Source: a virus
IMG/VR virus record: IMGVR_UViG_3300026488_000018
Location: 25,721-89,720 of that record
Reading direction: 5' to 3' (one strand)
Length of the DNA: 64,000 bases
Part shown: positions 38,018 through 48,069 of the stretch, one piece after another
How positions within the stretch are numbered: position 1 is the first letter of the stretch
Layout: the number at the start of each line of letters is the position of its first letter
The notes under the pieces: generated by a model
What the model was told of the DNA's origin: nothing
Seen by the model: only the letters and a program-made list of their open reading frames with translations
Databases searched by the model: none
Translations under genes and position numbers: made by a program

Positions 38018-39433
38018 ATGGAGGGAATATGTATGAGCAAGAAAGTTGTTGTTGATGAAGAATATCTAAAAAAGAAAGAAAAACTCAGGGAGTATGCCAG
38101 AAAACATCCAGTCGAGTTTTTTAAATGGATTACAGGGTTTGAACCTCGCCCGTTTCAGAAAAAATTTATGAAGACTAATAAGAGGCGTGTTATTGTTGTT
38201 ACATCACGTCAGATTGGAAAATCGGAAGTTACTGCAGTTAAAGCAATTTGGAAAGCATGGTTGTTTGATAATCAATACATTTTAATTCTGAGTCCAACGT
38301 TGAGACAGTCGCAGGAGTTGTTTAAGAAGGTTAAACGCAATATTAACAATCGCAGAGTTGTATATGAAGATGTTATTAGGACGACTCAAACAGAGATTGA
38401 GTTTACGAACGGGAGTATTATTAAAGTGATACCAGGCACGGAAACGAGTGTTCGTGGTTTTACGGCGGATATGGTTATTATTGATGAGGCGGCATATGTT
38501 AGTGAGGAGGTATATGGTGCTGTAGAGCCCGTTGTTGCTGTTAAGAGGGGACAAATGATTTTAATTTCTACCCCCGGACCCCCACGCGGTATATTTTACA
38601 GGATTTGGACTGAGGGCGACCCCAAGGTTTGGGAGAAGATTCGTGCTACGTTTGAAGAAGCGAATTATGACCCAGAGTTTGTCGAAAACTATAGAAGAAC
38701 TCACACTGAAGTTGAGTATAAGCGTGAGATACTCGGTATTTTTGCCGATGATGAAAGTGAGACGTTGTTTACAGTTGAAATGGTTGAGGGTGCAATGGAT
38801 AAGAAGTTAGGTAAGCGTGGTATTATGAAACCTGAGGATGGTTTTGTTTATTACGTGGGTGTTGATGTTGCGCGCCTGGGTGGAGATTACACCGCTATTG
38901 CAGTGGTGGGCATTCCAGTGGAGTTATTTGAAGAGGATGTTAATGAAGATGATTTTTATGCAGAAGTTCATCACATTTATTTGCGTAAAGAAAACATTTC
39001 GCGCATAATAGGGTATTTGAAAAAGGAGGTAATACCAAAATGGAACCCAGTTCGCATCGGTATTGATACGATAGGTGTTGGCGCAGGTGTGGTGGATATT
39101 TTGAAGGATGAGCTTGGCGATGATAGGATTGTTGAAATTAAGGCGGTCGGTAATGACCGTATTGAGATGTACATGTTAATGAAGCGTTTGCTTGAGGAGA
39201 AGAGGATATTACTTCCGAATGACCCAGTTATAACCGAACATTTTTCGAATTATGAGGTAAGGTATAGCTCAACCGGAAGAGTGCAGATAAAGAAAAAATC
39301 CGATGGTCACGATGATATTGCAGACGCTATTACATATGCAGTTTGGACAGCATTCAATGACACAGTCCACGGTATTGTTAAGGTCGATACTATTGAGGGT
39401 GTTGATATTGATAAGTTGTTGATGGGGTGGTGA
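38018..39433 (+). CDS. terL: terminase large subunit; probable start ATG 38033
   Basis: TSRQIGKS, SPTLRQS, IIDEAA, LISTP; RNase H-like GVDVARLGGDYT, IDTIGVG, HDDIADA. Confidence 0.93.
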   Translation: MEGICMSKKVVVDEEYLKKKEKLREYARKHPVEFFKWITGFEPRPFQKKFMKTNKRRVIVVTSRQIGKSEVTAVKAIWKAWLFDNQYILILSPTLRQSQELFKKVKRNINNRRVVYEDVIRTTQTEIEFTNGSIIKVIPGTETSVRGFTADMVIIDEAAYVSEEVYGAVEPVVAVKRGQMILISTPGPPRGIFYRIWTEGDPKVWEKIRATFEEANYDPEFVENYRRTHTEVEYKREILGIFADDESETLFTVEMVEGAMDKKLGKRGIMKPEDGFVYYVGVDVARLGGDYTAIAVVGIPVELFEEDVNEDDFYAEVHHIYLRKENISRIIGYLKKEVIPKWNPVRIGIDTIGVGAGVVDILKDELGDDRIVEIKAVGNDRIEMYMLMKRLLEEKRILLPNDPVITEHFSNYEVRYSSTGRVQIKKKSDGHDDIADAITYAVWTAFNDTVHGIVKVDTIEGVDIDKLLMGW

Positions 39434-39789
39434 TATTGGCAAGGCCCCGGAAGGAACCGAGCGGGCAAAATGTTTCCATTTATTTGAGTAAGAAAGCCCA
39501 ACAGTATGTTGAACGAGCGCGGAAGATGCTTATGGAGAATGATAGATTGGTATATGGTGATGAATTTGTTGAGAAGGAGCTAAGAAAGACAAAGAATGGG
39601 CGTTACACAATGAGTCATATTATTAACATGCTGATTGAATATGGTTTTGATGTGTTTAAGAATAATATTAATGAAGTATATCAGCGAGAAAAACAGAAGA
39701 AGCAAGGATTGGATAATCCAGTTATTAGGATGTTGCTTGAAGAGGAGATGAAGAGGAGGATGTTTAAAGCGATGTTTGATATATGGTGA
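39427..39789 (+). CDS. putative ribbon-helix-helix DNA-binding protein
   Basis: ARPRK..NVSIYLS helix pattern, TMSHIINMLIE. Confidence 0.45.
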   Translation: MVILARPRKEPSGQNVSIYLSKKAQQYVERARKMLMENDRLVYGDEFVEKELRKTKNGRYTMSHIINMLIEYGFDVFKNNINEVYQREKQKKQGLDNPVIRMLLEEEMKRRMFKAMFDIW

Positions 39790-40247
39790 GGAGGTGTGTT
39801 GAGTTGACGATACTTAATACGGACCCTTTGAGAAATCCCGCTGGTTATATGCGTTGGAAACAACAGCAGTTTGGAATAAAAGGAACTCCAATTGAACTTT
39901 GGAATGAAGCTAAAATGCCCCCGAGCGCAATTTCATGTAGTCGTGACGCTACTGTGTGGGTAAATGGAGGTTTTTTCATTTGTAGAGATTGTTATGAGAA
40001 GTTAAATTGTAAGCAGAGTATTTATGCAAAGTTTACACTTACTCCAACACCGAATACTTGTGCATTTTGTGGTAGACAAGTGTATGCAGCATTTTATGTT
40101 TATAAGATTGCACTGACACTTGGTGAACTGTGGGGTATTCTTGGAAAGAAAGGTTCTCGGTATTTGAAGGTTGATGGTGATAAAATAGTTAGGGGTGCGA
40201 GGTGGAGAAAAGGCAGTAGAAATAAATCGAAAGTGTATTACATTTGA
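39783..40247 (+). CDS. Zn-finger protein
   Basis: CRDC and CAFC pairs, basic C-terminus. Confidence 0.55.
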   Translation: MVRRCVELTILNTDPLRNPAGYMRWKQQQFGIKGTPIELWNEAKMPPSAISCSRDATVWVNGGFFICRDCYEKLNCKQSIYAKFTLTPTPNTCAFCGRQVYAAFYVYKIALTLGELWGILGKKGSRYLKVDGDKIVRGARWRKGSRNKSKVYYI

Positions 40248-40261
40248 TGGGGATGATTTGA

Positions 40262-40843
40262 TTGACCGATGGTTTGTCGGGTTTTTGTTATTTTGATATT
40301 TTATCGAGTGTTAATGCGTGGGTGATTGCAGATACACACTTGTATCATAAGAATATGGTTAAAAAGTATAACCGCCCGGGGGGGTATGAGGACATATTTT
40401 GGCAGAGTTGGAAGAGAAAAGTTAAATATCGCGATTATGTTTTTATTTTGGGTGATTATTGTTTTGTAAAACCATCTAAGTGTTATGTAGGTGATTTACC
40501 TGGCGTGAAGGTGTTAGTTCGTGGTAATCATGATGGAATAAAGAAGGGCAGAATTTTTAAATACGGTTTTGATGTTATTTGTGATGCGGCGCTTGTTAGG
40601 GTTCATTTAAAACCTGGCGATGCAAGGTGGGTATTGTTGACACATAAGAGATTTACGAATTGGAGTGTGTTACCAAAGAAGATAGTTGCTAACATTCACG
40701 GACATTCACACACTAAACGCCCGCTGTATAGTAGTGGCGGAAGATTTATAAATGTTAGTGCTGAACATTTATTGTATGAGTTTGCTGAAATAAGGGATTT
40801 AATAATGATGAGATACAATCCAAAAGTTTTTAAATCAGTTTGA
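40262..40843 (+). CDS. calcineurin-like phosphoesterase
   Basis: ADTH, LGD, RGNHD, LTH, IHGHSH. Confidence 0.88.
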   Translation: MTDGLSGFCYFDILSSVNAWVIADTHLYHKNMVKKYNRPGGYEDIFWQSWKRKVKYRDYVFILGDYCFVKPSKCYVGDLPGVKVLVRGNHDGIKKGRIFKYGFDVICDAALVRVHLKPGDARWVLLTHKRFTNWSVLPKKIVANIHGHSHTKRPLYSSGGRFINVSAEHLLYEFAEIRDLIMMRYNPKVFKSV

Positions 40844-40864
40844 TAAAATAAGAAACGCAAGGAG

Positions 40865-41182
40865 GTGTTGTATATGACGGAGGTTAAGTTTAGCCAAGTT
40901 TTTGGAAAGGGTCCCGGAAAGAGTCTTAGTGAGATACCGAATATAAAGGAGCTCGAAAATCAGAGTTTTACTGTCTTTGGTGCGGAGGAATATAATGGAA
41001 AATACGGAAAGTATTGGATAATTTATACTGATAGGGGCGAGTATAAGACTTCGAGTGGTGTTGTTGGCAGCCAGGCGATGCGTATTGACCAGTATGTTCG
41101 CGAGAATCCAGGCGTGGATGGTGTTAGGGTTAAACTCATAAAGTATAAGCATTATATGAAGTTTACGGACCCGGACGATTGA
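40865..41182 (+). CDS. hypothetical protein; probable start ATG 40874
   Basis: own TTTAAA box and GGAGGTG RBS. Confidence 0.65.
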   Translation: MLYMTEVKFSQVFGKGPGKSLSEIPNIKELENQSFTVFGAEEYNGKYGKYWIIYTDRGEYKTSSGVVGSQAMRIDQYVRENPGVDGVRVKLIKYKHYMKFTDPDD

Positions 41183-41224
41183 TTCCGGGTAACTATTTGT
41201 ATTTTTTATTGGAGGTGTTGCGTT

Positions 41225-41977
41225 GTGAGATTGGCTATTATTGCGCCGAAGGCATATTTTCCGCTGACTAAGAATTATAGCGATGATTATGGATTATTTC
41301 TCGCACATTGGGTGAGAGATAATAATGAATTCGCAGAGATGGTTGAGAATTTGAATTTTAGTATAAAAATTCTCGACAATGGTGCTGCGGAAGGACAACT
41401 TATTTACGATGTAGATATGTTAATGACTTTAGCTGATAAGATAGGCGCGGATGAAATTATTATCCCAGATGTATTTAGGAATTTCAGCAGAAGCTGGGCA
41501 AACGTCGTGCGGTATTATGATGTTATTCGTGATGCGGGGTTTAGGCCATTTGTTGTATTGCAGGGCGCAACTATTAATGAATTGGAGAAGTTTTGGGTGA
41601 ATATATACGAGAGTGGTTATAAGGATGCGGTGATAGGGTTAGGCAATGAAGTATTTTTACAAGCGGATAGGAGTAGTAAGCAACCAAGGAATAAGTTTGT
41701 TTGGTATATGCTGAGTAAACATCCATGGATTGTTGATTACGATATTCACTATCTCGGATATTCGACTATTTGGGATTGGCTTTATGCCCCGCGGTTTATC
41801 AGGGGCAGTGATAGCGGTATTTTCCTTAAGGCGGCAAAGTTGAGAATGCTGGAAATTCCAGATAAACATATTTCGGGGTATCATCTTGAGGTGGACGAGC
41901 CGTTTAATAATGACGTGTATTCGCGGGCGAAGTATCTGATCGAGAAAACGAAAATGCGTATTGATAGGGGGTGGTGA
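41225..41977 (+). CDS. DpdA-like (TGT-fold) 7-deazaguanine DNA transglycosylase
   Basis: ILDNGAAE, IIPDV, VVLQG, IHYLG, IRGSDS: order of TGT/DpdA TIM-barrel motifs; queCDE-folE in the same genome. Confidence 0.7.
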   Translation: MRLAIIAPKAYFPLTKNYSDDYGLFLAHWVRDNNEFAEMVENLNFSIKILDNGAAEGQLIYDVDMLMTLADKIGADEIIIPDVFRNFSRSWANVVRYYDVIRDAGFRPFVVLQGATINELEKFWVNIYESGYKDAVIGLGNEVFLQADRSSKQPRNKFVWYMLSKHPWIVDYDIHYLGYSTIWDWLYAPRFIRGSDSGIFLKAAKLRMLEIPDKHISGYHLEVDEPFNNDVYSRAKYLIEKTKMRIDRGW

Positions 41978-42248
41978 TTACATGCTTAATTTTAATATTG
42001 AAGGTGTTCCAGAAAGGATTCTGGTTAAGTATTATGATGAGAATGGTGAGGAGCACATTGTGAAGGCGGAGATTGGTGAATTTGGCGAGGCTCATATCAA
42101 GTATAACGTATTTTATGATTGGGATGAGTATAAGGTTATGATTGATAGCGATTTCGCGGAGATGGTGGAGGATATCATAAACAATTCACCGAAGTTTGAG
42201 CTTGTTGTTAATGGCGGGGAGCTGATTGTTTCAGGCGATGTTGAGTGA
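41961..42248 (+). CDS. acidic hypothetical protein; probable start ATG 41982
   Basis: GGGGTGGTGA RBS. Confidence 0.55.
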   Translation: MIGGGDYMLNFNIEGVPERILVKYYDENGEEHIVKAEIGEFGEAHIKYNVFYDWDEYKVMIDSDFAEMVEDIINNSPKFELVVNGGELIVSGDVE

Positions 42249-42364
42249 GGCGGTTTTTCTTTCATTTTTCGATTTTCCCAGAAACCCAGCAACCAGGGGC
42301 AGTTCTCGGTATTGATTACGAATGGGTATTATAGATGTATCGCGCGGGGGAGGAGTGATGTTGT

Positions 42365-43120
42365 ATGATTCCATATGAAATAAATTTTGTTCCAATGGAT
42401 GAAAAATTTGGCCTCAAATGGCGGGGCAAAGATGGAATTTGGCGCAAATATATATTAAAAAACAACGAGATGTTAATGGCGCGGAGATATAAAGATAATT
42501 CAATGTGGGTGTACATCTGCACTAATAAGGACGTAATTAAAGGGAAAAGGATGATGATAAGGTATATAGGAGGAGATGAAGGAGATGTTGTAATAGGAAA
42601 AGGATATGAGAGAGTATCTTGGTATTGTTGGAGGATACCAGAGAGCAGGTTTTTTTCTTGGGTATGGAAGTATGATATAGGAGAAGTGTTTAGGGATTTG
42701 TATTTACACGGTTGGCAGGTTTTCAGGATTTATAAGAAGGATGGTAAACGGTATACTTGGAAGAGCGATTATAGTGTGGATTATAATGGCCCTTTGGTTG
42801 TTTTAGGCAGGGGACGTTACGAGCACAAGAGCAAGCGTGTTCGGAGTGGTTTTATAAAGAAAGTTTCCACGAGCGAAGTGAAGTTGTTCGGTTTTGTTCC
42901 ATTCGCGCGGTTTAGTTTTTGCAGTGATGGCCGTTTGAACAGGGTATTTCCTTGTGAGGGCGACGCCATCCAAGACGGGGTATTTTCTTTAGATTTCGCG
43001 CGTTCTTGGCTGAGCGAGGAGTTCTTCGAGGCGCTGGTCGAGGGCCACAGGGTATTGTTTGACGTGTACGGCTCAGGCGAGTTTTTCTTTCGAGGTATTG
43101 AGTTTGATTGGGCTTTGTAG
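42365..43120 (+). CDS. hypothetical protein
   Basis: 251-aa ORF with GGAGGAGTGA RBS. Confidence 0.55.
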   Translation: MIPYEINFVPMDEKFGLKWRGKDGIWRKYILKNNEMLMARRYKDNSMWVYICTNKDVIKGKRMMIRYIGGDEGDVVIGKGYERVSWYCWRIPESRFFSWVWKYDIGEVFRDLYLHGWQVFRIYKKDGKRYTWKSDYSVDYNGPLVVLGRGRYEHKSKRVRSGFIKKVSTSEVKLFGFVPFARFSFCSDGRLNRVFPCEGDAIQDGVFSLDFARSWLSEEFFEALVEGHRVLFDVYGSGEFFFRGIEFDWAL

Positions 43121-43398
43121 TTGCCCATTTTTGTTTCTGTTTGCGCGGTATTGGCTTTATTCTTGAATGGTCGTTTATTTTTTCGCGATTTTGGGCTTGG
43201 ATAGGTTACCCTATTTGAGAATTTTTCGCAAAGGATGAATTTCCGCACTGTCAATGCAGCATTTAATCTTAATTTGAGTTAGAGCGTAACATTGATGTGG
43301 TTCGATTCGGCCCCATTCGATGTTGATTATTGTTCCTCGAGCAAGTTCGAGCGAGGTTTTCCCTATATCCCCCGCAGCGCCGCGCGTTATAGCTGGGT

Positions 43399-43596
43399 GA
43401 TGAGAAATCTAATGAGAAATTCAATGAGATTTTTCATGCGTAATTTAATGAGAAATCCCATCAGTTTTTCAATGAGAAATCTCATGAGAAATTTAATGAG
43501 AAATCCAGTGAGAAATTCAATGAGAAATCTCACCAGTTTTTTAATGAGAAGTTCAGAGTTTTTTAATGAGAATGATGAGAAATTTAATGAGAAATT
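43399..43596. repeat. tandem ~12-bp iteron-like repeats, consensus AATGAGAAATYY (about 13 copies)
   Basis: aatgagaaat recurs at about 12-nt spacing across 200 bp of intergenic DNA. Confidence 0.9.
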
Positions 43597-43602
43597 GCGA
43601 GG

Positions 43603-44064
43603 GTGGTTTGTATGGCCGGTTTTGTTAAGGCGAAGATTGTTCAGATGGGCTCCGACGAGCGCGTATATATAGGAAGATTCGCACGTATTCTCGGCTGGTC
43701 GCCAGGAGATAAGTTGATGTGTTATAAGAACAAGGACGGTAGCGTGTATTGCCAGAAGACGCGAGATGAGTTTCACTGGAACGCAAGGTTTTATAAGGGG
43801 GGTTATATTAGGTTTACAAAAGGTTTGGTTAATTTTAGAAAGGGAGATAGATTGAGCGTTGCTTTAGATGCAGAACACATGGGTATTAGAATTTTCAACA
43901 TGTCAAATCCCAGCGCAGTATCGTTTAGAGTGAGTGAAGAAGAGCTGTGCGATAAGATTAAGGAAATGACTGGTGTAAGGAAGGGTGAGATGTATGAGTT
44001 GTTCGTTGATTTCAACCAGGACGGGGTACCTTTGATTGGTATTAAAAAGGTGAGCGAAGATTGA
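43603..44064 (+). CDS. AbrB/SpoVT-like tandem-domain DNA-binding protein; probable start ATG 43612
   Basis: AKIVQMGSDERVYIGRFARILGWSPGDKL followed by two similar units (GYIRF..FRKGDRL; GVRKGEMYEL). Confidence 0.6.
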   Translation: MVCMAGFVKAKIVQMGSDERVYIGRFARILGWSPGDKLMCYKNKDGSVYCQKTRDEFHWNARFYKGGYIRFTKGLVNFRKGDRLSVALDAEHMGIRIFNMSNPSAVSFRVSEEELCDKIKEMTGVRKGEMYELFVDFNQDGVPLIGIKKVSED

Positions 44065-44887
44065 GCCATCGGCTAAATTCGCGGTATTATTTTGAGCCTT
44101 TTTTCTTTTTTCATATGGGTATGTTTGAGCATTTGGCCCACGATTTTACGGTTATTTTTCACGCGCAGTTTTGAGCGAATGTATGAATTCATCAGGCAGT
44201 TTTGGTTATTCGGCTAAGAATAGAATAGGATTTTGAGCTAACAATTTTTCGGCGCGGCCTTGGGTTGAACGGAAAAATTTTCGGAATAAGTGTATATACA
44301 GAAATTCCATCCGGGCACCTCAGACGGGGATATTTTCTTAGAGCGGTTTTGTGTATATGCAGAAATGAGCAATGTGTCGTTTTTCTAGTTTGGTATTACC
44401 GCAACTAGACGTTGAGTTGAAGATGTTCCTCGACAGGGTGAGTGCGTTTATTCCTGGGCGGTATAAGGGCATTATTATTTCGCAGCAGGGTATCACCTGT
44501 ATTATCGGAGTGTGGTATTTATTTTCTGGAGCAGTACAGGTATTGTCATTCCAATGGCGGTACGCAGTATTGTTTCTCAAGAGCGTTGGCACGGTATTGT
44601 TTTCTCTGGTTGGGGCTAGTTTGTGCTGCATTGTTATCACCTTGATGTGTTTTATGTTTATGTCACGTATTTAAAGGTTTCGCCCATTTGTAAGGGGCAA
44701 AATCTATATATAGGGGTTCGTATTTTAATAAGAGCGGAAGGGGCTTTTATTTCTATAAGAAATAAACATAATGTATAGAGTTATTCACTCGAGCTTTATC
44801 TCTCTTCTTAGAAGAAATACGGCAGAGCTACCACGGTGTACAAGTTTTAAATGGTTTTAATTTTTATTTTTAAGCGTGGGAATTTCA

Positions 44888-44933
44888 ACCGCAAGGTTTT
44901 TAAATGCTAGGTGCTTATATTAAAGCGAGGTGA
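44888..44933 (+). promoter_or_regulatory. BRE-TATA promoter plus RBS (cassette type)
   Basis: accgcaaggtttttaaatgctaggtgcttatattaaagcgaggtga. Confidence 0.75.
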
Positions 44934-45151
44934 TGTGTATGAAGCGCTGCGAAGAAGTCTTACTGAACGCCGGATATATATTCGCCCGCCCGGATGAGGG
45001 TTTTTACGTTGTTGAGTTGTTCGGCAAGGTGTGGATAATTATTTCCAACGAAACCCCAGAAAGCTTGCAAGAAAAACTGCGCAGTATTGCTTCCCCCAAG
45101 GAGTTGAGAAGAGAGTTTTATTGCGTTGAGGCGGTTAAGTTGCAGTTGTAA
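44930..45151 (+). CDS. small hypothetical protein
   Basis: own promoter and RBS. Confidence 0.6.
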   Translation: MMCMKRCEEVLLNAGYIFARPDEGFYVVELFGKVWIIISNETPESLQEKLRSIASPKELRREFYCVEAVKLQL

Positions 45152-45206
45152 TGAGTTAGATGGTGATTTTTTTTGTTTGATGTTGATATGTTAAATGTTT
45201 TTATTT

Positions 45207-45254
45207 AACCGAAAGCTTTATAAAGGTTAAAGGCTAATATAATAGCGAGGTGAT
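45207..45254 (+). promoter_or_regulatory. BRE-TATA promoter plus RBS, near-identical to 49079..49126
   Basis: aaccgaaagctttataaaggttaaaggctaatataatagcgaggtgat. Confidence 0.85.
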
Positions 45255-45259
45255 GCTAA

Positions 45260-45562
45260 ATGCACGTCAATATTAAGGTGCTAGGAAGAATATTCCCCGT
45301 TAACGTGGTAGCGATGAAAGAAGATGAAAAAGAAATTGTTTACTATTTAGATGATGACGAAAAATTAAGGTTAAACGAGATTGTAGATATTCTTCCAAAA
45401 GAGAAGTGTTCTTTGTACGAAGAAGACAGGTTTTGGAATTTATATAGATTTGAATGCCATATTGACGGTGTTATTTACCGATACGGAAGAAATAAAGATA
45501 CAGGGGATGTAGAATATTTCGGTATTATAGCAGATGATAAAACTATTTGGTTGATCTTTTAA
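45260..45562 (+). CDS. small acidic hypothetical protein
   Basis: own promoter, RBS and T-rich terminator. Confidence 0.65.
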   Translation: MHVNIKVLGRIFPVNVVAMKEDEKEIVYYLDDDEKLRLNEIVDILPKEKCSLYEEDRFWNLYRFECHIDGVIYRYGRNKDTGDVEYFGIIADDKTIWLIF

Positions 45563-45638
45563 CGTTTTTAATTTTCTTATTTTAGGTAGGTGTTAAATGG
45601 TTTTATTTAACCGCAAAGTTTATAAAGGCTAAGCGCGT

Positions 45639-46049
45639 ATGTTAAAGCGAGGTGATTGCAAGATGCCGAGCAGATACGTATATGAAGTTAAAGCAGATGA
45701 CGAGATTTACCTTGTCGCGGCGTATGGCAGGGAGGAGGCGCTTAGGATGGTATTTCCTAACGCCGAGGTGGAGGACAACAAGAAAGACCTGCTGTATTTC
45801 AAAGTCGGCAACAAGCGCGGTATTGTTTTTGTTGTTAAGAGGTGGGTTGATGATTCCATGGTGAGGAAGACAGCACGGGGCTACTATGTTGATGTGATGA
45901 ACGGCTACGCACTGATGAATGAAGATGAACTTAACGCTTTCTTGGAGAAGTACAAAACCTTTAGACCAAGGATTGCCCGCTGTATTGTCACGGTGGATGG
46001 TTTTGGACGACGCGAGAATGTAATTGAGGTAGAACTCGAGGGGAGGTGA
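45639..46049 (+). CDS. hypothetical protein; probable start ATG 45663
   Basis: promoter aaccgcaaagtttataaagg at about 45609 and GAGGTGA RBS. Confidence 0.65.
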   Translation: MLKRGDCKMPSRYVYEVKADDEIYLVAAYGREEALRMVFPNAEVEDNKKDLLYFKVGNKRGIVFVVKRWVDDSMVRKTARGYYVDVMNGYALMNEDELNAFLEKYKTFRPRIARCIVTVDGFGRRENVIEVELEGR

Positions 46050-46400
46050 TTCGATATGGTCGTCGAGGTCGAAAAACCCCCGCGGTATTGTCATTTTTTA
46101 CGGCGGCAGGAAGTTCGAGCTCCGGGGTGACTGGCTGGGTGATACAAGTTTTATCGCACGGGCGGATGATGCGAAAAATTTTAAAGACTCACTGGACTGG
46201 GTATTTGATTTCGAAGAGGATGAGATGTGGTTTTATAGAGATGATTTTGAGGGAGATATTGAACTCGTTTGAGATGCAGATACAGCGAAGGTGTGGTTTA
46301 AAATTTACACGCCCGGCAAGGTGTACATCATCGAAGCCTTTTAACCCCCGGCCACGGTATTGCCTTTATTTTTTGAGAGAGTTTTACACGGTGATGCAGT

Positions 46401-46706
46401 ATGTATGAGAATGTTATCAGGGGTTTTGTTAGGGATGTTATTTCGACAGGCAAAGAGGAGATAACCGTGAGCAAAGGGTATTTACTTTCGCTTTACGCAA
46501 TGGCGAAGGAAACACGTTTCGATAGGGAGAGTAGTGTTATCGATAGTGGTGTCTGGCGCGGCGCCCCGTTCGTGGAGGTTTACGAGAGTTTCGACGTCGA
46601 CGGTATTATCATAAGCTTCGATGTAGTATTTGGAGCAGACGGTATTGGCGATATTTCAGTTGTAATATCATGGGATGATGAGGAGATTTTCGTATTGGAG
46701 GGGTGA
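46401..46706 (+). CDS. small acidic protein, paralog of 51201..51566
   Basis: F..DVI....EEITVSKGYLLSLY vs FIKYII..SEIQVNREELIVLY. Confidence 0.6.
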   Translation: MYENVIRGFVRDVISTGKEEITVSKGYLLSLYAMAKETRFDRESSVIDSGVWRGAPFVEVYESFDVDGIIISFDVVFGADGIGDISVVISWDDEEIFVLEG

Positions 46707-46712
46707 TACGTC

Positions 46713-46976
46713 ATGGCGCAGTTGGAGGTTACTGAGAAGGGCGAAAAGTTTCTTGAACGGTTTATTGGTAAAAGGAGTTTCTCCCCGGCGGTTGAGATGT
46801 TGAGCGTAGTGCAGGAGAATCTTATTTACGTCGACGAAGATGACGATGCGGTATCTTTGTTTGAGGCACTGAGTATTGTCTATGAGCAGGCCACGGAAGA
46901 ATCTTTTCCGGTGGAGTGGTATTGTTTATTCAAGTCGTTGTTAAATTTGGGTTACGTGAAGGTGGTGCAAAGGTGA
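46713..46976 (+). CDS. small hypothetical protein
   Basis: GGAGGGGTGA RBS. Confidence 0.6.
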   Translation: MAQLEVTEKGEKFLERFIGKRSFSPAVEMLSVVQENLIYVDEDDDAVSLFEALSIVYEQATEESFPVEWYCLFKSLLNLGYVKVVQR

Positions 46977-46979
46977 TAG

Positions 46980-47522
46980 GTGACCAAAAGCTTTATAAAG
47001 GCTAAGGGCGTATATGTTGATGGAGGTGATATGATGAAGGTTTGGAAGCTGGAGGAATTTGAGGAAATAAATCCTGACCTTGCTGAGGAGTTCGCCCTGG
47101 CGAAGGGCAAGAAGAAAGTCTCCCCCGAAAAACTGAAGGAGCTCGGTATTAATACTGAGAAGGGTGGTATTGTCGCCTTCAGGAGGGGGTATTCAATTAT
47201 CGAGCTGGAGAGCGGCGAGGTTTACGTCGTGGAGGGTATCATCGACGTTGGCAAAAGGAAGAGGAAGAATGCAGACACAAGTGGTGTGAGGAAGAGCCGC
47301 GGTGTAAGAGGCGAAAAGACGCGTATTATATTGAGCGAAATAAAGAAACTCCTGGATGAGAAGAAGGAGATTCGCATGGGCGAGGCATGGAGAATTCTCA
47401 AAGATAAGGGGCTGGTAAAGTATAGAGCTCATCTATATAATGTAGTAACCAAGCACTGCAGTATTGTTTATGATGAGGGCAGTAAGAGGCGCGAGATTAT
47501 CATCAAGGGTGTGAATCTCTGA
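46980..47522 (+). CDS. winged-helix DNA-binding protein (paralog family); probable start ATG 47031
   Basis: RGEKTRIILSEIKKLL...KGLVKYRAHLYNVV shared with 50170 and 53336 ORFs. Confidence 0.65.
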   Translation: MTKSFIKAKGVYVDGGDMMKVWKLEEFEEINPDLAEEFALAKGKKKVSPEKLKELGINTEKGGIVAFRRGYSIIELESGEVYVVEGIIDVGKRKRKNADTSGVRKSRGVRGEKTRIILSEIKKLLDEKKEIRMGEAWRILKDKGLVKYRAHLYNVVTKHCSIVYDEGSKRREIIIKGVNL

Positions 47523-47533
47523 AGATTATCTTT

Positions 47534-47830
47534 TTGTTCTTATTTTTCCTCAACACAGGAAGCAATACTGCGCAGTATTGTTATTGGGGGTGGTTTAGGG
47601 TGTTTTATGTTTTTGATGGGGAGAATAAGGTTCTTCGCAAGGTGAGTGAAATTCCAAGCACTGGTACGTATTTAATTGGCCGCGACGAGGCGGAATTTGT
47701 TGCGTATCTTATTTTTATCATGGATGAGGGCGAGCGGTATTACCTTAACGTGGAAGATGGTAAAGTTAAGAGCGTTACGCGAGCTAAAGGCGTTATTTGT
47801 ATAGACCCTTCGTGGAAAGTGGAGATTTAA
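47534..47830 (+). CDS. small hypothetical protein; probable start GTG 47600
   Basis: GGGGTGG RBS. Confidence 0.5.
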   Translation: MFLFFLNTGSNTAQYCYWGWFRVFYVFDGENKVLRKVSEIPSTGTYLIGRDEAEFVAYLIFIMDEGERYYLNVEDGKVKSVTRAKGVICIDPSWKVEI

Positions 47831-47960
47831 GCTTTTATCCGCCGATTTTTGCGGAGCGATTTTTAATTTTTTCGCATGTGTCGTTCGCGATTTTAGGGGT
47901 TTTAGTTTTTTCGTTGTTTAAGCTAGGTTATTTAGTTAATTTTTGCTATTCTAACGCAAC
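47830..47960. repeat. dispersed non-coding repeat, copy 1 (copy 2 at about 53099..53260)
   Basis: ttgtttaagctaggttatttagttaatttttgctattctaacgca vs ttgtttaagctagggtattttactaatttttgcgcttctaacgca. Confidence 0.7.
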
Positions 47961-48069
47961 GCAGGGAACAGAACCATCCCGCCCGCGGTATTGTTCTATC
48001 GAGGCGAGGTTGGGTTGATTCCTAGTAGGAAATCGCAAGGTTTATAAAGAATGGAACATATAATGAAAA

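Noticed and set aside
43296-43320. GGTTCGATTC resembling a tRNA T-loop
   Set aside because: No 5-bp T stem, acceptor stem or D/anticodon arms around it
43399-43596. CRISPR array
   Set aside because: Units are about 12 bp and contiguous, with no unique spacers
43292-43776. ORFs 43292..43672 (+) and 43387..43776 (-)
   Set aside because: They are translations of the 12-bp repeat (MRNL/MRNS) with no RBS
44338-44674. Overlapping ORFs of 67-100 aa
   Set aside because: No RBS; they arise from the GGTATT-rich non-coding tract
46046-46408. ORF 46046..46408 as annotated
   Set aside because: Atypical composition and overlaps promoter-like elements; may be a decayed gene in another frame, not supportable
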